Source: an uncultured Candidatus Rokubacteria bacterium (GTDB lineage: Bacteria; Methylomirabilota; Methylomirabilia; Rokubacteriales; CSP1-6). Taken from it: a DNA stretch of 64,000 nucleotides. The notes below the pieces were generated by a model, which had not been told where the DNA came from, made no database searches, and was given only the letters and a program-made list of their open reading frames with translations. Both the position numbers and the translations under genes were made by a program. The stretch's first letter is position 1. Each line of letters starts with the position of its first letter. Of this stretch, positions 12,121 to 24,173 are shown piece after piece. The stretch spans positions 64,001 to 128,000 of the forward strand of contig CAVVEU010000033.1 in NCBI GenBank assembly GCA_963747235.1. The letters run 5' to 3'.

Positions 12121-12915
12121 GTGAGTCAGACTTCCTGCCTTCTTCTCGGTTGACGGGGAGCGGTTCGTCCCGTCGGCTTCGGCGCGGGGGCCGTGGAGTG
12201 CGCGGCATCAGCATGGGGGGCCGCCGGCCGCGCTGCTCGCGCGGGCGTTCGCGCGCCACGCGGGCCCTGAGGCGCAGATCGCGCGGATGACCTTTGATTT
12301 CTTGCGGCCGGTGCCGCTGGCGCCGTTGACGGTTGCGACGCGGGTGGTGCGGGCGGGGGCCAAGGTGCAGCGGCTTGCCGGTACGGTGCTGGCCGAGGAC
12401 GGGGTCGCGGTGATCGAGGCGTCGTGTCTCGTGATGCGTGTCGCGCCGGATAGCGTTGTCGTGCCGCGCGAGACGGTTGGGGCGCCGGCGCCGCCTGAGC
12501 AGAGCGTGCCGTTCGAGCTGCCGTTCATGTCCGGGGACGAGGGATACCACCGGGCGGTCGAGTGGCGGATCGCGAAGGGGACGTGGGGGCGTGGGCCGGT
12601 GGCGGGGTGGCTCCGGCTGCGCGTGCCGCTCGTCGCGGGCGAGACGCCGACGCCCCGCTCGAGTGCCTCGTCGCCACCGCTGACTCCGCGAGCGGCCTGG
12701 CGGTCGTCGTGGACCCGGCCCGCGCGACGTTCGTGAACGGTGACCTGACGATCGCCCTGCATCGCGCGCCGGCCGGCGAATGGATGTGCCTCGACGCGGC
12801 CACGACCGGCGAGGCGCACGGGATCGGCCTGACGCGCGCGCGCCTGTGGGACACGGCCGGCCTGGTGGGGCGCTCGCTCCAGACGCTGCTCCTCGAGCCC
12901 CGCGCCGGCGGCTGA
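12121..12915 (+). CDS. Acyl-CoA thioesterase (TesB-like/HotDog) family; frameshifted, start approximate
   Basis: ARGPWSARHQHGGPPAALLARA, MTFDFLRPVP, TADSASG, FVNGDLTIALHR. Confidence 0.8.
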
Positions 12916-12924
12916 GGACGCGCG

Positions 12925-13888
12925 CTAGTAGCCCTTCTGCTTGTCGATGAGGGCGATCAGGGGGCGGCCGGCGCGCCGGCGGCGGAGGTTCTCGCAGAAG
13001 GTGGCGATCACGCGGCCGGCGCGGCGGGGGGAGCCGCCCGCGGTGTGCGGCGTGATGATCGCGCGCGGGTGAGTCCAGAGCGGGTGGTCCTTCGGCAAGC
13101 GGCTCGGGGTCGGTGACGTCGAGGCCGACGGCCCAGATCAGGTTCTCCTCGAGGGCGGCGAGGACGTCCTCGCCGCGGATGATCTCGCCGCGGGTGACGT
13201 TGATGAGGATGGCGGTGCGCTTCATCTGGAGGAAGCGCTCGCGGGTGAAGAGGTGGTGGGTGGCCTTGGTGAGCGGGAGGCCGATCACCACCGCGTCGGA
13301 GGCGCCGAGGAGGTCGGCCAGACGGTCGGCGGGCCAGATCGCCTCGACGCCAGGCTCTGGATCGACCGCTCAATGTCCACGCCGAGGACGCGCATGCCGA
13401 AGCCGACGGCGCGCCGGGCCACCGCGCGGCCGGTGCCGCCGAAGCCCACGATGCCCAGGGTCTGCTCGTAGAGCTCGCGCTGGTGGACGCGGATGGGCTC
13501 GCGCAGCTCGTAGTCGGGGGTGCGAATCGCGGTGTGGAGGCCGCGGGTCAGCGCCAGCAGCAGCGCGAAGGCGTGCTCGGCCAGGTGGATGCCGACCTCG
13601 CCCTTCTCGCTGGCCAGCGGCACGTCGTGATTGATCAGCTCGGGGGTGAGGATGCTGTCCACCCCGGCGCCGATCGAGTGGTAGTAGACGAGGCGCGTGG
13701 CGAGGGAGAAGAGCTCGGGGCTGCACGCGCCCGAAGATGACGTCGGTGTCGGGCAGCTCGCGCCGCTGGGCCGCCTTGTCCTTCACCTCCACGATGCGGG
13801 CGCCGGGGCCCGCCGCCTCCAGGATGCCGGCGCGGTCCGCGGCGGTGAGGCCGGAGACGATCAGGTTCGGGACGAAGAGGATCTTCAC
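12925..13888 (-). CDS. D-2-hydroxyacid dehydrogenase; several frameshifts
   Basis: LAEHAFALLLAL, LGIVGFGGTG, LPLTKATHHL, LINVTRG, GLDVTDPEP, ITPHTAG. Confidence 0.85.
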
Positions 13889-14860
13889 GGCTGCTGGAGC
13901 TCCGGGATCACCCACTTCGGCGCGCGGCCCGCGGCCACGCGCTGGATATTGTCGAAGCCGTTGCGGAAGCGCGCGGTCCAGTTCTCCCACGTCGGCCCCG
14001 CCGAGTGGGGCGTGAGCGTCACGTTCGGCAGGTGGAAGAGCGGATGGTCCTTGGCGGGCGGCTCGTCCACCAGCACGTCGAGCCCGGCCGCCGCGACCTG
14101 GCCTCGGGTGAGCGCGGTGTAGAGCGCGGCCTCGTCCACCACCGGGCCCCGGCAGGTGTTGATCAGGATCGCCCCCGGCTTCATCTGGGCGAACTCGGCG
14201 CGCCCCCAGCATGTGCCGCGTCGTGTCGTCGAGCGGCACGTGCAGGCTCACCACGTCGGAGGTGCGCAGCAGTTCGGGCAGCAGCACGAAGCGGACGCCG
14301 AGGGCGTCTTCCTCGGCCTCGGTGAGGCGCGCGATGTCGTAGTACTGCACGGTCATGTCGAAGGCCGCGGCGCGCCGCGCGACCTTCTTGCCGATATTGC
14401 CCAGGCCCACGATGCCGAGCGTGCGGCGCGAGAGCTCGTAGACCCGCTGGTCGTCGAAGCCGCCCACCCGCCACTTGCCCGCCACCACGTCGTTGTGGAA
14501 GCGCACGACGCGCTTCAGCACCGCCAGGATCAGCATGAGGGTGTGCTCGGCCACCGCGATGGCGTTGGCGCCGCCGTTGTTGGAGACCGGCACCTTCGCC
14601 TTGCGCGCGGCCTCGATGTCCACCCGGTCGTAGCCCGCGGAGAGGAGCTGCACCAGCTTGAGGTTGGGCGCGGAGCGGAAGAACTCCCCGCCCATCTGGC
14701 GGGCCAGGCCCAGGTAGTACTCGGCCTGCCCCGCCGCCGCGTAGAACTCGGGCGTGCCGAACTCGGCGATCAGCAGCTCGAAGCCGGCGGGGGTGAGGGA
14801 GCGCGCGATCTCGAGGACCGCGTCGGACTGCTTGGGGGCGACGAGGATCTTGGTGGCCAT
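13885..14860 (-). CDS. D-2-hydroxyacid dehydrogenase (glyoxylate reductase/PGDH-like); frameshift near 14200
   Basis: SAGYDRVD, VAEHT, LGIVGLGNIG, LINTCRGPVVDE, GLDV, LTPHSAG. Confidence 0.88.
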
Positions 14861-14861
14861 C

Positions 14862-15204
14862 TCATTGCTCCTCGAGCGGAATGGTCGCGGTGAGGCAGGG
14901 CACGCTGCCGTGCACCCGCGTGGTGTGCCCCTGCCCGGTGGTGTCCTCCACCAGCCGCGCGTCGCCGGGGCCGAAGACCTGCTTGGAGCCGTCGCCCAGG
15001 CCGATCTCGAGCTGGCCCGGAGAGGATGATGACGAACTGGCGCCGCGGGGCGGGATGCCAGTCGATGAAATTGCCGACCGGACTCTCCCGGAAGGCGATC
15101 TGGGTCGTCGCGAGCCCCTTCGTCCACGAGGGGGTGCGCGCGAGATCGATCGGTTCGATGTGGGACTGCCCGTCCTTGCCGGTGTAGAGCCGGAATGTCT
15201 TCAT
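14862..15204 (-). CDS. Small cupin-like protein; frameshift near 15020
   Basis: RLYTGKDGQSH, DWHPAPRRQFVIILSG, EIGLGDGS, EDTTGQGH. Confidence 0.7.
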
Positions 15205-15289
15205 GGCGCCCTCGCTCCTGACCGTCTTGTGGGGTGAGCGCGGGGATTATATCATCGGGCCCTCGGCTCGCCCGGGAGGGCCCGCCCCC

Positions 15290-16833
15290 ATGCGACGACT
15301 CATCGCCGTCCTCGTCGTCATCGCGTTGCAGACGTGCCTGGCCGTGGTCGGGTCGGCGCAGACCGGCGGGCCCGCGCCCGCGGGCCAGATGACCTGGGCG
15401 GTGCACTTCACCCTCGCCCCGCGCTGGCTCGATCCCGGCGAGAGCGAGGGCTCGATCACGCCCTTCCTCACCCTCTACGCGGTCCACGACGCGATGCTCA
15501 AGCCGATGCCGTCGGGGCCCAGCGCGAACAGCCTGGCCGAGTCGTGGACCGTCTCGCCCAACGGCCTCGTCTACGACTTCACGCTGCGCGCCAACGCGCG
15601 CTTCCACAACGGCGAGCGGGTGACCGCGGAGGACGTGAAGTTCTCCTTCGAGCGCTACCGCGGGGCCAACGCGACCACGTTCAAGGAGCGCGTCCAGGAA
15701 GTCCGCGTGCTCGACCCGAGACGCATCCAGTTTCACCTGAAGGAGCCGTGGTCGGACTTCATCACCTTCTACGGCACCACCGCGAGCACCGCAGGCTGGG
15801 TCGTGCCGAAGAAGTACGTCGAGCAGGTGGGCGACGAGGGCTTCAAGAAGGCCCCGATCGGCGCGGGGCCCTACAAGGTCACGAGCTTCACGCCGGGGGT
15901 GGAGCTCCAGCTCGAGGCCTTCGACGGCTACTGGCGGAAGACGCCCGCGGTGAAGAAGCTGATCTTCCGCAGCCTGCCCGACGAGACCACCCGCGCCGCC
16001 GCGCTCAAGCGGGGCGACGTGGACGTGGCCTACTTCCTCAACGGCCCGATCGCGGAGGAGGTGCGGCGCACGCCGGGCCTGCGCCTGATGGCGGTGCGCA
16101 GCAACACCGTCTTCTTCCTCGACTTCCGCGGCCAGTGGGAGGCCGGCTCGCCCTGGCAGGACCCGCGGGTGCGCATGGCGGCCAGCGTCGCCATCGACCG
16201 GCAAGCGCGATGAACGACGCCGAGCAGCTCGGCTTCGGCGGCCTCACCGGCAACGTGGTGCCGCGCGCGCTCGACTTCGCGCTGCCCATCGACGCGGACC
16301 CCTACGATCCCGCGCGGGCCAAGCGCCTCCTCGCCGAGGCCGGCTTCCCGCGCGGGCTCGACGCGGGCGACTTCACGATCGCGCCGCCCTACGAGGGCAC
16401 CGGCGAGGCCATCGCGAACTACCTGGCCGCGGTGGGCATCCGCGTGAAGATCCGCACCATGGAGCGCGCCGCCTTCTTCTCGGCCTGGCCCCAGGGCAAG
16501 CTCAAGGGGCTGGTCTTCGGCGGCCTCGGCCCCGCGGGCAACGCGGCCACGCGCCTGGCCATCCTGGCGGTCAAGGGCGGCCCCTACACCGCGGGCGTGC
16601 TGCCCGAGGTGCAGGACCTCTTCGAGCGGCAGGCGCGCGAGCCCGACCGCAAGAAGCGCGAGCAGCTGCTGCACCAGATCCAGCGCATCCTGCACGAGAA
16701 GAAGATCTTCGCTCCCATCTGGGAGAACGGCTTCATCCGCGGCGTGGGCCCTCGTGTGGAAGAGCCCGCGCTCGCCCTCATTCCCGCGTTCCCGTACTCC
16801 GCGCCCTACGAAGACGTCCGGCTCAAGCCCTGA
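15290..16833 (+). CDS. ABC peptide/nickel-type (family 5) substrate-binding protein; frameshift near 16205
   Basis: Signal peptide, SLAESW, FHNGERVTAEDVKFSFER, PIGAGPYK, YDPARAKRLLAEAGF. Confidence 0.88.
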
Positions 16834-16843
16834 GGAGGCCCCC

Positions 16844-18038
16844 ATGCGCTACGAGATGATCTCCGCCGACTGCCACCTCGATCTCTGCTGGCTCCCGCCG
16901 GATCTCTTCACGACCAACGCGACCGCCGCGCTGCGCGACCGCATGCCCCACGTGATCGATCAGCCCAAGGGGCCCACGTGGGTCACCAAGAAGGGCGCCA
17001 ATCTCGGCCTGGCCTGCGGCATGGGCTCGGCCGGGCGCGAGTACGTGCCCGGGCGCATCCATCGCGCGGACCGCATGGCCGAGACCGGCCTCTACTCGGA
17101 CGGCAAGAAGGGCATCCGGCGGCTGACCGTGCCGGAGCTGCGCCTGAAGGATCAGGATCTCGACGGCGTGCAGGCCGAGGTCCTCTACGGCATCCTGGGC
17201 GCCACCGGGCGCATGAACGATCCGGAAGCGGTGGTCGAGGTCATGCGGGTCTACAACGAGTGGCTCGCCGACTTCTGCTCCACGCACCCCGAGCGCTTCG
17301 CCGGGCTCGCGTCGATCCCGAACACCCCGATGGACGCGGCGATCGCGGAGGTCGAGCGCGTGGCCAAGCGCGGCGCGGTGCGCGGGCTCGACATCGCCAA
17401 CTCCACGGACCTGACGCCGCTCTGGGATCCCTACTGGAACCCGCTCTGGGAAGTCATCAGCGCGAGCGGCCTGCCGCTGCATTTCCACACCATCGGCAGC
17501 CGGCTCCCCGAGGATCTGCAGAAGCTCGTGTTCCTCGGCTCCGATCTCACCCGCGCGGGCAGAGGACGTGACCGACGCGCAGAAGCGCGAGGCCCGCATC
17601 GCCTTCGCCACCCACATCACCGGCTTCCAGATCAACATGGCCAATATCCTGATGGCCATGATCTACGGCGGCGTGCTCGAGCGGTTCCCGCGGCTGCGCG
17701 TGGTGCTGGGCGAGGCGGGCATCGGCTGGATCCCGTACATCCTGTGGCGGATGGACGGCGAGTGGGAGGACCAGTTCAAGGATCTCTCGCTCACGATGCC
17801 GCCGAGCGAGTACTGGAAGCGCCAGGTGTGGGCGACCTACCAGACCGATCCGGTGGGCGTGAAGCTGCTCGACGAGCTGGGCGTGGACAAGGTCATGTGG
17901 GGCTCCGACTTCCCGCACCCCGACGGGGTGTGGCCCGACTCCCGCGAGTACATCGCCCGCGAGCTGGGCCATCTCCCGGCCGCCACGCGCCGCGCGATCG
18001 TCTGCGACAACGCGGCGCGCCTCTACAACTTCACGTAG
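16844..18038 (+). CDS. Amidohydrolase_2 family metal-dependent hydrolase; frameshift near 17560
   Basis: ISADCH, DGVQAEVLY, YNEWLADFC, GVLERFPRL, WGSDFPHPD, NAARLY. Confidence 0.88.
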
Positions 18039-18039
18039 C

Positions 18040-18568
18040 CTACTTGGAGGCGGCGGTGGGCTTGGACTTGCCGCCGCTCTTCTCGTAGGCGTCCACCGCG
18101 CGCTTGAGGTCGCGGTACTCGCCGCACGTGATCAGGCAGAGCGAGCTGAGCGTGGTGAGGTGCTCCTTGGCCTTGGCCAGGTTGTCGAGCATCAGGTAGG
18201 CCTCGCCGATGTACTCGTGCGCGCCCTTGTGCTTGGGGTCGATGGCCAGGGCCTTCTGATAGAGCGGGAGCGAGGCGGCCGGGTCACCGGTCTTGCGGGT
18301 GGCGTAGGCCAGCCAGTTGTAGGCGTCGGCGTTCTTGTCGTCGCGCGAGACCACGCCCTGGAGCAGCGGGATGGCCTTGGCGTACTCGTTGGCCTTGATG
18401 GCCTTCACCGCCGCCGAGTACTGCGGATCCTCGGGCTTGCCGGGATTGCTGATGGCCCCCTGACCGCCTCCGCCGCCGTCCGCGCCGGCCGGGCCGGGCA
18501 GCGCGATGGCGAGCAGCGTGAGGAGCAGGACGGCCGAGAAGCGCGGAGAATCGGTGCGGTGTCAGCAT
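18040..18568 (-). CDS. Secreted TPR protein (5' end frameshifted)
   Basis: ADAYNWLAYATRK, YQKALAIDPKHKGAHEYIGEAYL, C-terminal CxxxC. Confidence 0.75.
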
Positions 18569-18632
18569 GGCAAGCCCTCCCGGGCCTTGAACGCGGGAGA
18601 CGGGCCGGCGGTTCCCGGCCCGGCGCGGCGCG

Positions 18633-19415
18633 TCAGACGTCCCAGCCCCCGTCCACGGTGACGGACTGGCCGGTCATGTTCTTGGAGTCCTCGGAGACCA
18701 GGAAGAGCACCGCACGGGCGATGTCCTCCTGCGTGGTCACCCGGCGGAGCGCCATCTCGGCCACGTACTCGGCGTGGATCGCCTCCGGCGTGGTGCCGCG
18801 CTTCTTCGCCTTGTCGCGGCAGAGGCGCGCCATGCGCTCGCCGGTGACGATGCCCGGGTGCAGCGCGTTGACGTTGATGTTGTAGGGCCCCACCTCGAGC
18901 GCGACGGTGCGCGTGAACCCGCGCAGCGCCCACTTGGAGGCGGAGTAGGCCGCGCGCAGCTTGTAGCCGCGCAGCCCCGAGCTGCCGCTGATGTTGACGA
19001 TCTTGCCGTAGCGCTGCGCGATCATCACCGGCAGCACGTGCTTCGTCGGCAGGAAGGTGCCGCGCACGTTGACGCCCAGCACCTGGTCCCAGTCCTCCCC
19101 GCGGATCTCCCAGACCGGCGTCTCGACCGGGCCGGTCACGCCCGCCGCGTTGATCAGGATGTCCACGCGGCCGCCGAAGGTCTCGCGGGTGCGGGCGACC
19201 AGGCGCTCCACCGCGGCCTCGTCCACCACGTCGCAGGGCACCGCCAGGGCGCGCCGGCCGGTGGCCACGACCTCGCGGGCCACCGCCTCGAGCGGCGCGG
19301 CCTCGCGCGCGGCCAGCACCACGTGCGCGCCCTCGCCCGCCAGCGCGAGGCAGATGTCGCGGCCCATGCCCTTGGCCGCGCCGGTGACGATGGCGACCCG
19401 ATCGGCGAGCTTCAT
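18633..19415 (-). CDS. Short-chain dehydrogenase/reductase
   Basis: VTGAAKGMG, YSASK, TGQSVTVDGG; ATGA overlap with hydantoinase B. Confidence 0.92.
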   Translation of the reverse strand: MKLADRVAIVTGAAKGMGRDICLALAGEGAHVVLAAREAAPLEAVAREVVATGRRALAVPCDVVDEAAVERLVARTRETFGGRVDILINAAGVTGPVETPVWEIRGEDWDQVLGVNVRGTFLPTKHVLPVMIAQRYGKIVNISGSSGLRGYKLRAAYSASKWALRGFTRTVALEVGPYNINVNALHPGIVTGERMARLCRDKAKKRGTTPEAIHAEYVAEMALRRVTTQEDIARAVLFLVSEDSKNMTGQSVTVDGGWDV

Positions 19416-21055
19416 CGCGCGTAGCCCTCGCGGCGATCGGCCTCGCGGGCCGCGGCCGGCCGCTCGGCGGGCGGGCCGAAGCCGCCGCCGCCCGAGGTCT
19501 CGATCACCACGAGATCCCCGGCGGAGAGGCGCACCGTCTCCTTGCCGCGCAGGTCCCGCGCGCGCGGCCCCGGGTTGAGCGTCACCCGGAACGGCAGGCC
19601 GTCGGCGCCACCCGCGATGCCCCACGGCGGGATCACGCGCCGCTCGAGCATGGTGGTGAGCGAGACCTCGTCCGCGGTCACCCGGTACGCGCGGCGCAGG
19701 CCGAGCCCGCCGCGCTGCCGCCCATCGCCGCCCGAGCCGTCACGGAGGGCCTGCTCCTCGACCACGATCGGGTACTCGTGCTCGATCACCTCGACCGGCG
19801 TGTTCATCACGTTCGACATGTGCACGCGGGTCGCGGAGGAGCCGTCGGCGCCATGCGTCGCTCCGGCGCCCCCGCCGTGCACCTCGTAGAAGATGCCCCA
19901 GCCGCCGTCCGGCCGGCGCGTCCCGAAGATCATGAGCCCGGCGGTGGTGGGGCCGCCCGCCGAGATGCGGTCCCCCAGCGCGGGAGCCAGCGCGCGGAAG
20001 ATGGCGTCCACCGCGCGCTGCGACGTCTCGTGATTGCCGCCCACCACCGGGCGGTCCGGGTCCGCGCTCAGCACGGTCCCCGGCGGGACCACGACCGTCA
20101 ACGGCCGGTAGCAGCCGTCGTTGGGCGGCACGTCGGGAGCGACGAGCGCCTTCATCGCGTAGTACACCGCCGAGCAGGCGATGAAGTAGGTCGTGTTCAC
20201 GGGCCCGCGCGCCTGCGGCGCGGTGCCGGTGAAATCGAACGTGGCCTCGTCCCCACGGATCTCGACGCGCACCGCCACCCGGATCGGCCGGTCGTCCACC
20301 CCGTCGTCGTCGAGATGGTCCTCACCCTCCCAGACCCCGTCGGGCAGCGCCGCGATCGCGGCGCGCATCTGCTGCTCGGACTCGGCGTGCAGGCGCTCGA
20401 AGCACGCCGCGAGCGTGTCGGCCCCGTAGCGCTCGGCCAGCTCGACGAGACGCCGCGCCGCCACGTCGTTGGCCGCGAACTGGGCCAGCATGTCCCCTTC
20501 CCGCTCCTCGCGGCCGCGCACGTTCGAGAGCACGAGGTCGATGGCGTGACGCTCCGGCCCCGCCGCGGTGAAGAGCCGGATCGGCGCGATCCGCAACCCT
20601 TCGAGGTAGCACTCGGTGGCCGACGGCACGTAGCTGCCCGGCACCGCGCCGCCGATGTCCGCCCAGTGCGCCAGGTTGATCGCGAACGCGATGAGCCGGC
20701 CCTGGTGGAAGACCGGGCGCACCGCCTTCACGTCGGGCAGGTGATTGCCCCCCACCTCGGGCAGGTTGAGGAACCAGACGTCGCCGTCGTGTAGCTCTTC
20801 GAGCGGCACCCGCTTGAGCAGCTCCTTCACCGTGAAGCCCATCACCCCCATGTGGATCGGGATGTCGCGCCCCTGCGCGATGAGGCGGCCCTCGGCATCC
20901 GTCAGCGCGGAGGAGAGGTCGCCCGCCTCCTTGAGGAGCGGCGAGCGCGCCGAGCGCATGATGATCACGCTCATCTCCTCGGCGATCGCGTAGAGCGCGT
21001 GGCGCACGACCTCCAGCGTGATCGGGTTGACGCGCGAGGCGCCCGGCCGGCTCAC
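19412..21055 (-). CDS. Hydantoinase B/5-oxoprolinase subunit
   Basis: NPITLEVV, RSARSP, GGNHLPD, AHWADIGGAVPGS, NTPVEVIE, GGGGFG. Confidence 0.93.
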   Translation of the reverse strand: MSRPGASRVNPITLEVVRHALYAIAEEMSVIIMRSARSPLLKEAGDLSSALTDAEGRLIAQGRDIPIHMGVMGFTVKELLKRVPLEELHDGDVWFLNLPEVGGNHLPDVKAVRPVFHQGRLIAFAINLAHWADIGGAVPGSYVPSATECYLEGLRIAPIRLFTAAGPERHAIDLVLSNVRGREEREGDMLAQFAANDVAARRLVELAERYGADTLAACFERLHAESEQQMRAAIAALPDGVWEGEDHLDDDGVDDRPIRVAVRVEIRGDEATFDFTGTAPQARGPVNTTYFIACSAVYYAMKALVAPDVPPNDGCYRPLTVVVPPGTVLSADPDRPVVGGNHETSQRAVDAIFRALAPALGDRISAGGPTTAGLMIFGTRRPDGGWGIFYEVHGGGAGATHGADGSSATRVHMSNVMNTPVEVIEHEYPIVVEEQALRDGSGGDGRQRGGLGLRRAYRVTADEVSLTTMLERRVIPPWGIAGGADGLPFRVTLNPGPRARDLRGKETVRLSAGDLVVIETSGGGGFGPPAERPAAAREADRREGYAR

Positions 21056-23138
21056 GAGGCGAGCTCCAGGTCCAGGATGAGATGGCCGCGCGCGTCGGCG
21101 GCGGCGCGCTGGCCGGGGTAGACGATGATCGTGGACCACTCGTCCTCGATCACCGCGGGGCCCGCGACGACGGCGCCGGGGGCGAGCGCGGCGCGATCGT
21201 GGCGCGGCATCGTGATCTCGCCGGTCTCGGGGAAGTAGGCGCGCTGCGAGCCGACGCGCGAGTCCCCCTCACCTCCCGCCCCCTCACCCTGCCCTCTCCC
21301 CCCTTGGGGGAGAGGGTTCGCCGTCTCCCTCTCCCCTCTGGGGAGAGGGCCGGGGTGAGGGGCGGCCGGCTCGGCGCCGAGCCGCGCGACCACGCGCAGG
21401 TTCACGCACTCGACACCCTCACCGGTGGCGTAGCCGTAGAGCCGGCGGTGCCGCGCCTCGAAGGCGGGCCGCAGCCCGGCCGGATCGCCGCTCCCACGGC
21501 AGCTCGATCTCGTAGTTCTGCCCGACGTAACGCAGGTCCACGCTCCGGGCGACCGTCACCGCGGAGGCGGCGTGACCTTCCTCGAGGATCGGCCGCAGGC
21601 ACTGCTCCTCGAGGGCCCGGAAGCGGTCCTCGATCAGCTTGCCGTCCCAGGTATCGAGCCGCGCGCGATGCGTCTGCACCGCGTCGTAGCGCAGCGGCGA
21701 GACCAGGCAGCCGAGCGCGGAGAAGGCGCCCGAGTGCGCGGGCACGATGACCCGCCCGATGCCGCAGGCTCGCGCGAGCGCGCCCGCGTGCACCGGGCCC
21801 GCGCCGCCGTAGGCGATGAGCGCGAAGCGGCGCAGGTCGTGGCCGCGCTGCACCGAGACCAGGCGCAGCGCGCGCAGCATGCTCGCGTTCGCGACCTCCA
21901 CGATGCCGTGGGCGGCCTCGAGCGTGGACAGGCCGAGCCGCCGGCCGACGGTCTCCACCGCGCTCCGGGCACGGTCGGGGTGGATACGAATGGTCCCGCC
22001 GTAGAGCCGCGCCGGGTTCAGGTAGCCCAGCACGAGGTTGGCGTCGGTCACGGTGGCGAGCGTGCCGCCCTGGCCGTAGCACGCCGGGCCGGGCTGAGCG
22101 CCCGCGCTCTGCGGCCCAACTTTCAAGGCCCCGACCTCGTCGACCCGCGCGAGGGAGCCGCCACCCGCGCCGATGGATTCCACCGCCACCATGGGCAGCC
22201 GCACCGGGTAGTCGGCCAGCTTCCGCTGCGAGGTGGTCTCGGCCGCGCCGTCGCTGATCAGGCACACGTCGGTGGTGGTGCCGCCCATGTCGAAGGCGAG
22301 CGCGCGATCGACGCCGAGGGCGCGCGCCACGTGCGCGGCCGCCGCCACGCCCGCGGCGGGCCCCGAGAGCGCCATCGCGAGCGGGCGCGCCTTCGCGGCG
22401 GCCACCGACATCATGCCGCCCGCCGAGTGCAGCAGGCGCAGCGCGGGGCCGCCCGCGGCGTCGCCCGAGCGCGGCGGTGAGCCCGCCCAGGTAGCGGTCG
22501 GCCAGCGGCATCACGCTGGCGTTCAGCACGGTGGTGCAGGTGCGCTCGTACTCGCGGAACTCCGCGTTGATCTCGCTCGAGACCGAGACGTGGCGGAAGT
22601 GCGGCTCGAGCGCCTGCCTCAGCGCCTGCTCGTGCGCCGGGTTGGCGTAGGCGTGGAGCAGGCACACCGCCACCGCCTCCACGCCCTCGGCCCGGAGGGC
22701 CGCGACGATGCCCTCGAGCTCGCCGGGCGCCAGCGGAGTCTGCACGGTGCCGTCCGGCCCCACCCGCTCGGTGATCTCGAGGCGCCGGCGGCGCGGCACC
22801 AGCGGCGCCGCCCGCGCGGGCAGCTCGAGGCGATAGAGATGCGCGCGATTCATCCGCGCGATCTCGAGCACGTCGCGGAAGCCGCGCGTGGTGACGAGGC
22901 CCACCGGGGCGACGCGCCCCTCCACGATGGCGTTGGTCACGGTGGTGGTGCCGTGGGCGAGCGAGGCGCAGGCCTCGCCCGCCCGCAGCAGCGCGCGCAG
23001 GCCGTCGAGCACGCCCTGCGCGCGATTGTCGGGCACCGTGGGCACCTTGCACGAGCGCACCTCCCCGGTGACGTCGTCCACCGAGACGACGTCGGTGAAG
23101 GTGCCCCCCACGTCCACGCCGACGCGGAGGCGGCTCAC
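21052..23138 (-). CDS. Hydantoinase A/5-oxoprolinase subunit; frameshifts near 22465 and 21490
   Basis: [51 protein letters not shown]. Confidence 0.92.
21280..21362. repeat. Inverted pair of CCCTCTCCC-GGGAGAGGG palindromic repeats inside the hydantoinase A CDS
   Basis: CCCCTCACCCTGCCCTCTCCC..GGGAGAGGG and CCCTCTCCCC..GGGGAGAGGGCCGGGGTGAGGGG; same family at 38309-38344. Confidence 0.85.
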
Positions 23139-23329
23139 GCCCGGATCGAGTCCGTCACTTGCCGGTGAAGGCGCGCGATTGTTCGGGCGGCAGCGGAGGA
23201 TACCGGACGCATCGACGCGCCCAAGAATGGCGGAGCCACCGCGCCACGTCAAGGCCCCGCCGGCGGGTTGCGGGGCCGCGGGCGCCTGGACTATCCTCGG
23301 GCCTCACGCCTCACCAACCGGAGGACGCG

Positions 23330-24173
23330 ATGGCGGAGACGGTGACCTGGCCCGACGGCGCGCGCTGCGCCGTCATGATGACGTTCGACCTCGACGGCGA
23401 GAGCCCGTGGATCCACCGCGACCCCGCGCTGGCCGAGCGGGCGCTCCACATGTGGATGGGCGCCTACGGGCCCAAGACGGGCATGCCGCGCATCCTCGAG
23501 CTGCTCGACCGGTACGGGATCAAGACCTGCATCTTCATCCCCGGCTGGATCGTGGAGCGCTATCCCGCGCTCTGCGAGGAGATCCTGAAGCGCGGCCACG
23601 AGGTGGGGCATCACGGCTATCTGCACGAGAAGCCCTTCTTCATGAAGAGCCGCGAGGAAGAGGAGGCGCTGCTCGTCAAGAGCCTCGGCGATCTTCAAGA
23701 AGGTGCTGGGCGTCGTCCCGCTCGGCTCGCGCACGCCCTCCGCCGACCCGAGCCGCCACACCATGGAGCTGCTCGCCCGGCACGGCTTCCTCTATCACAG
23801 CAATGCGCTCGACACCGACCTGCCCTACTGCCACGAGACCGCGCACGGCCCCCTGGTCGAGTTCCCCACCGCGTGGTGCAACAACGACGCGCCGTTCTTC
23901 CTGTGGAGCGCGGTGCCTCCGGTGGGCAACGGCATCTGGAGCCAGCAGGACGTGTGGGAGATCTGGTCCGAGGAGTTCGAGGGCCTCTACGCGGAGGGCG
24001 GCTTCTTCAACTGGCTCGGCCATCCCCAGATCATCGGCCGGCCCTCACGCCTCCGGATGGTCGAGCGGCTCATCCAGCTCATCCTGGGCAAGGGCCGCGT
24101 GTGGTGGCCGCGGCCGGATGACCTGGCCCGCTTCTGGCTCGAGCGCAGCAAGCAGCCGGTGGCCTCCGCCTGA
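23330..24173 (+). CDS. Polysaccharide deacetylase/PuuE-like protein; frameshift near 23690
   Basis: WPDGARCAVMMTFDLD, YGPKTGMPRIL, HEVGHHGYLHE, GHPQIIGRPSR. Confidence 0.85.
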
